Shown here: piece by piece, positions 63,301 through 64,000 of the stretch
Layout of the letters: every line of letters begins with the position of its first letter
How positions within the stretch are numbered: the first letter of the stretch is position 1
Assembly: GCA_965242925.1 (NCBI GenBank)
Contig: CBDEUM010000012.1
Location: 32,001 to 96,000, forward strand
DNA: 64,000 nucleotides
Direction of reading: 5' to 3'
From: Roseibacillus sp.
Lineage (GTDB): Bacteria; Verrucomicrobiota; Verrucomicrobiia; Verrucomicrobiales; Akkermansiaceae
Translations under genes and position numbers: made by a program
The notes under the pieces: generated by a model
Databases searched by the model: none
What the model was told of the DNA's origin: nothing
What the model saw: only the letters and a program-made list of their open reading frames with translations

Positions 63301-64000
63301 GACGGCCTCAACGACGGCGAGGAGATCACCGAAGGAGCGGACGGATTCATTACCAATCCGACGGACACCGATACCGATGGGGATCAGATTCAGGATGGCA
63401 GTGATTCCCACCCCACCGATCCCACTCTCCCCGAGAAAGGCAATTTCTTCGCAATCGAATTCTTCGGGCCCGATGACCTCTTTGTCTCGGGCGATTCCGA
63501 GCTCGATCCCGGCAAGGTCGTCATCGCCGTCAACGTCTTCGGCAACAACGACTCCAATGTGAACGGTGTGACCTTCTTCACCGACCGCGCCGGCCTCGGT
63601 GACGCGGTCACCAATGAAGGAGTGGTCACCTCGGACGGCGTGACCGTGACTTCCAGTTCGACCCACACCATCGACGGCTGGAGTCTTCCCGCGCCCAGCT
63701 TCACCGGCGGCACCCCCGGATCCGCGGGCAATTTGAGCGAAATCATGGCCGACATCAGGTGGTCGGCAGCCCCCAGTCCCCTTCCTGTCGACATCGATGG
63801 TCTCGAACCCGGCCAGGAGTACATCGTCGATCTGCTGACTTACGAGGGCGCGGATCGCACCCGCTTCTGGGACATCAGTGTCAATGGGATCCTGGAATTC
63901 GACAACTATTCGTCCGAGGGCGACACCAACCTCGGCCATACCTGGGGCCCCGACAAGGCGCATGGACTTCGTGGAACAGTGAAGGCCACTCCGCAGGGTA
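60330..64000 (+). CDS. Large secreted protein with TSP3-like Ca-binding repeats and a PA14-like domain, running off the window end (frameshift near 60705)
   Basis: Signal peptide; the frame from 60706 is open to 64000; repeated DSDGDGLxDGxE and [15 protein letters not shown]...GADD. Confidence 0.8.

Noticed and set aside
61080..63420. Repeated DNA as a CRISPR array or DGR template/variable repeat
   Set aside because: The repeats are in-frame Asp-rich coding modules, with no regular spacers, cas genes, reverse transcriptase or obvious adenine-specific mismatch pattern.
1..64000. Alternative genetic code (UGA = Trp or Gly) as the explanation for the in-frame TGAs
   Set aside because: Trp is encoded by TGG throughout, very long ORFs contain no TGA, and TGA is clearly used as a true stop (e.g. 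ATGA coupling at 47022-47025).

Overview
GC-rich bacterial chromosome segment with PVC-superphylum gene content, most likely Verrucomicrobiota (DUF1501, DUF1549/DUF1553, PVC-type heme proteins, PEP-CTERM, lamin-tail/CotH and TSP3-repeat surface proteins). Housekeeping loci are tRNA-Tyr, fbaA, acnA, rapA and a DksA/TraR-type gene. About six single-base frameshifts, mostly in G/C runs and including fbaA and rapA, look like sequencing or assembly indels. The main finding is three exported proteins interrupted by an in-frame TGA, each followed exactly 11 nt later by a hairpin with a G/GU-containing apical loop, the geometry of a bacterial SECIS element. One is a thioredoxin-like protein with a U-G-S-C (UxxC) motif. 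The other two are paralogous FG-GAP/ASPIC-UnbV (CRTAC1-like)-redoxin lipoproteins with the TGA at the same homologous site (D-L-U-S-x-x-W-R-x-V-V). Together they suggest an extracytoplasmic selenoprotein system, including a family I do not recognise as a described selenoprotein family. One of these genes lies in an 8.8 kb block bounded by a diverged 241 bp direct repeat. No selA/selB/selC/selD genes are in the window, so Sec decoding remains an inference.
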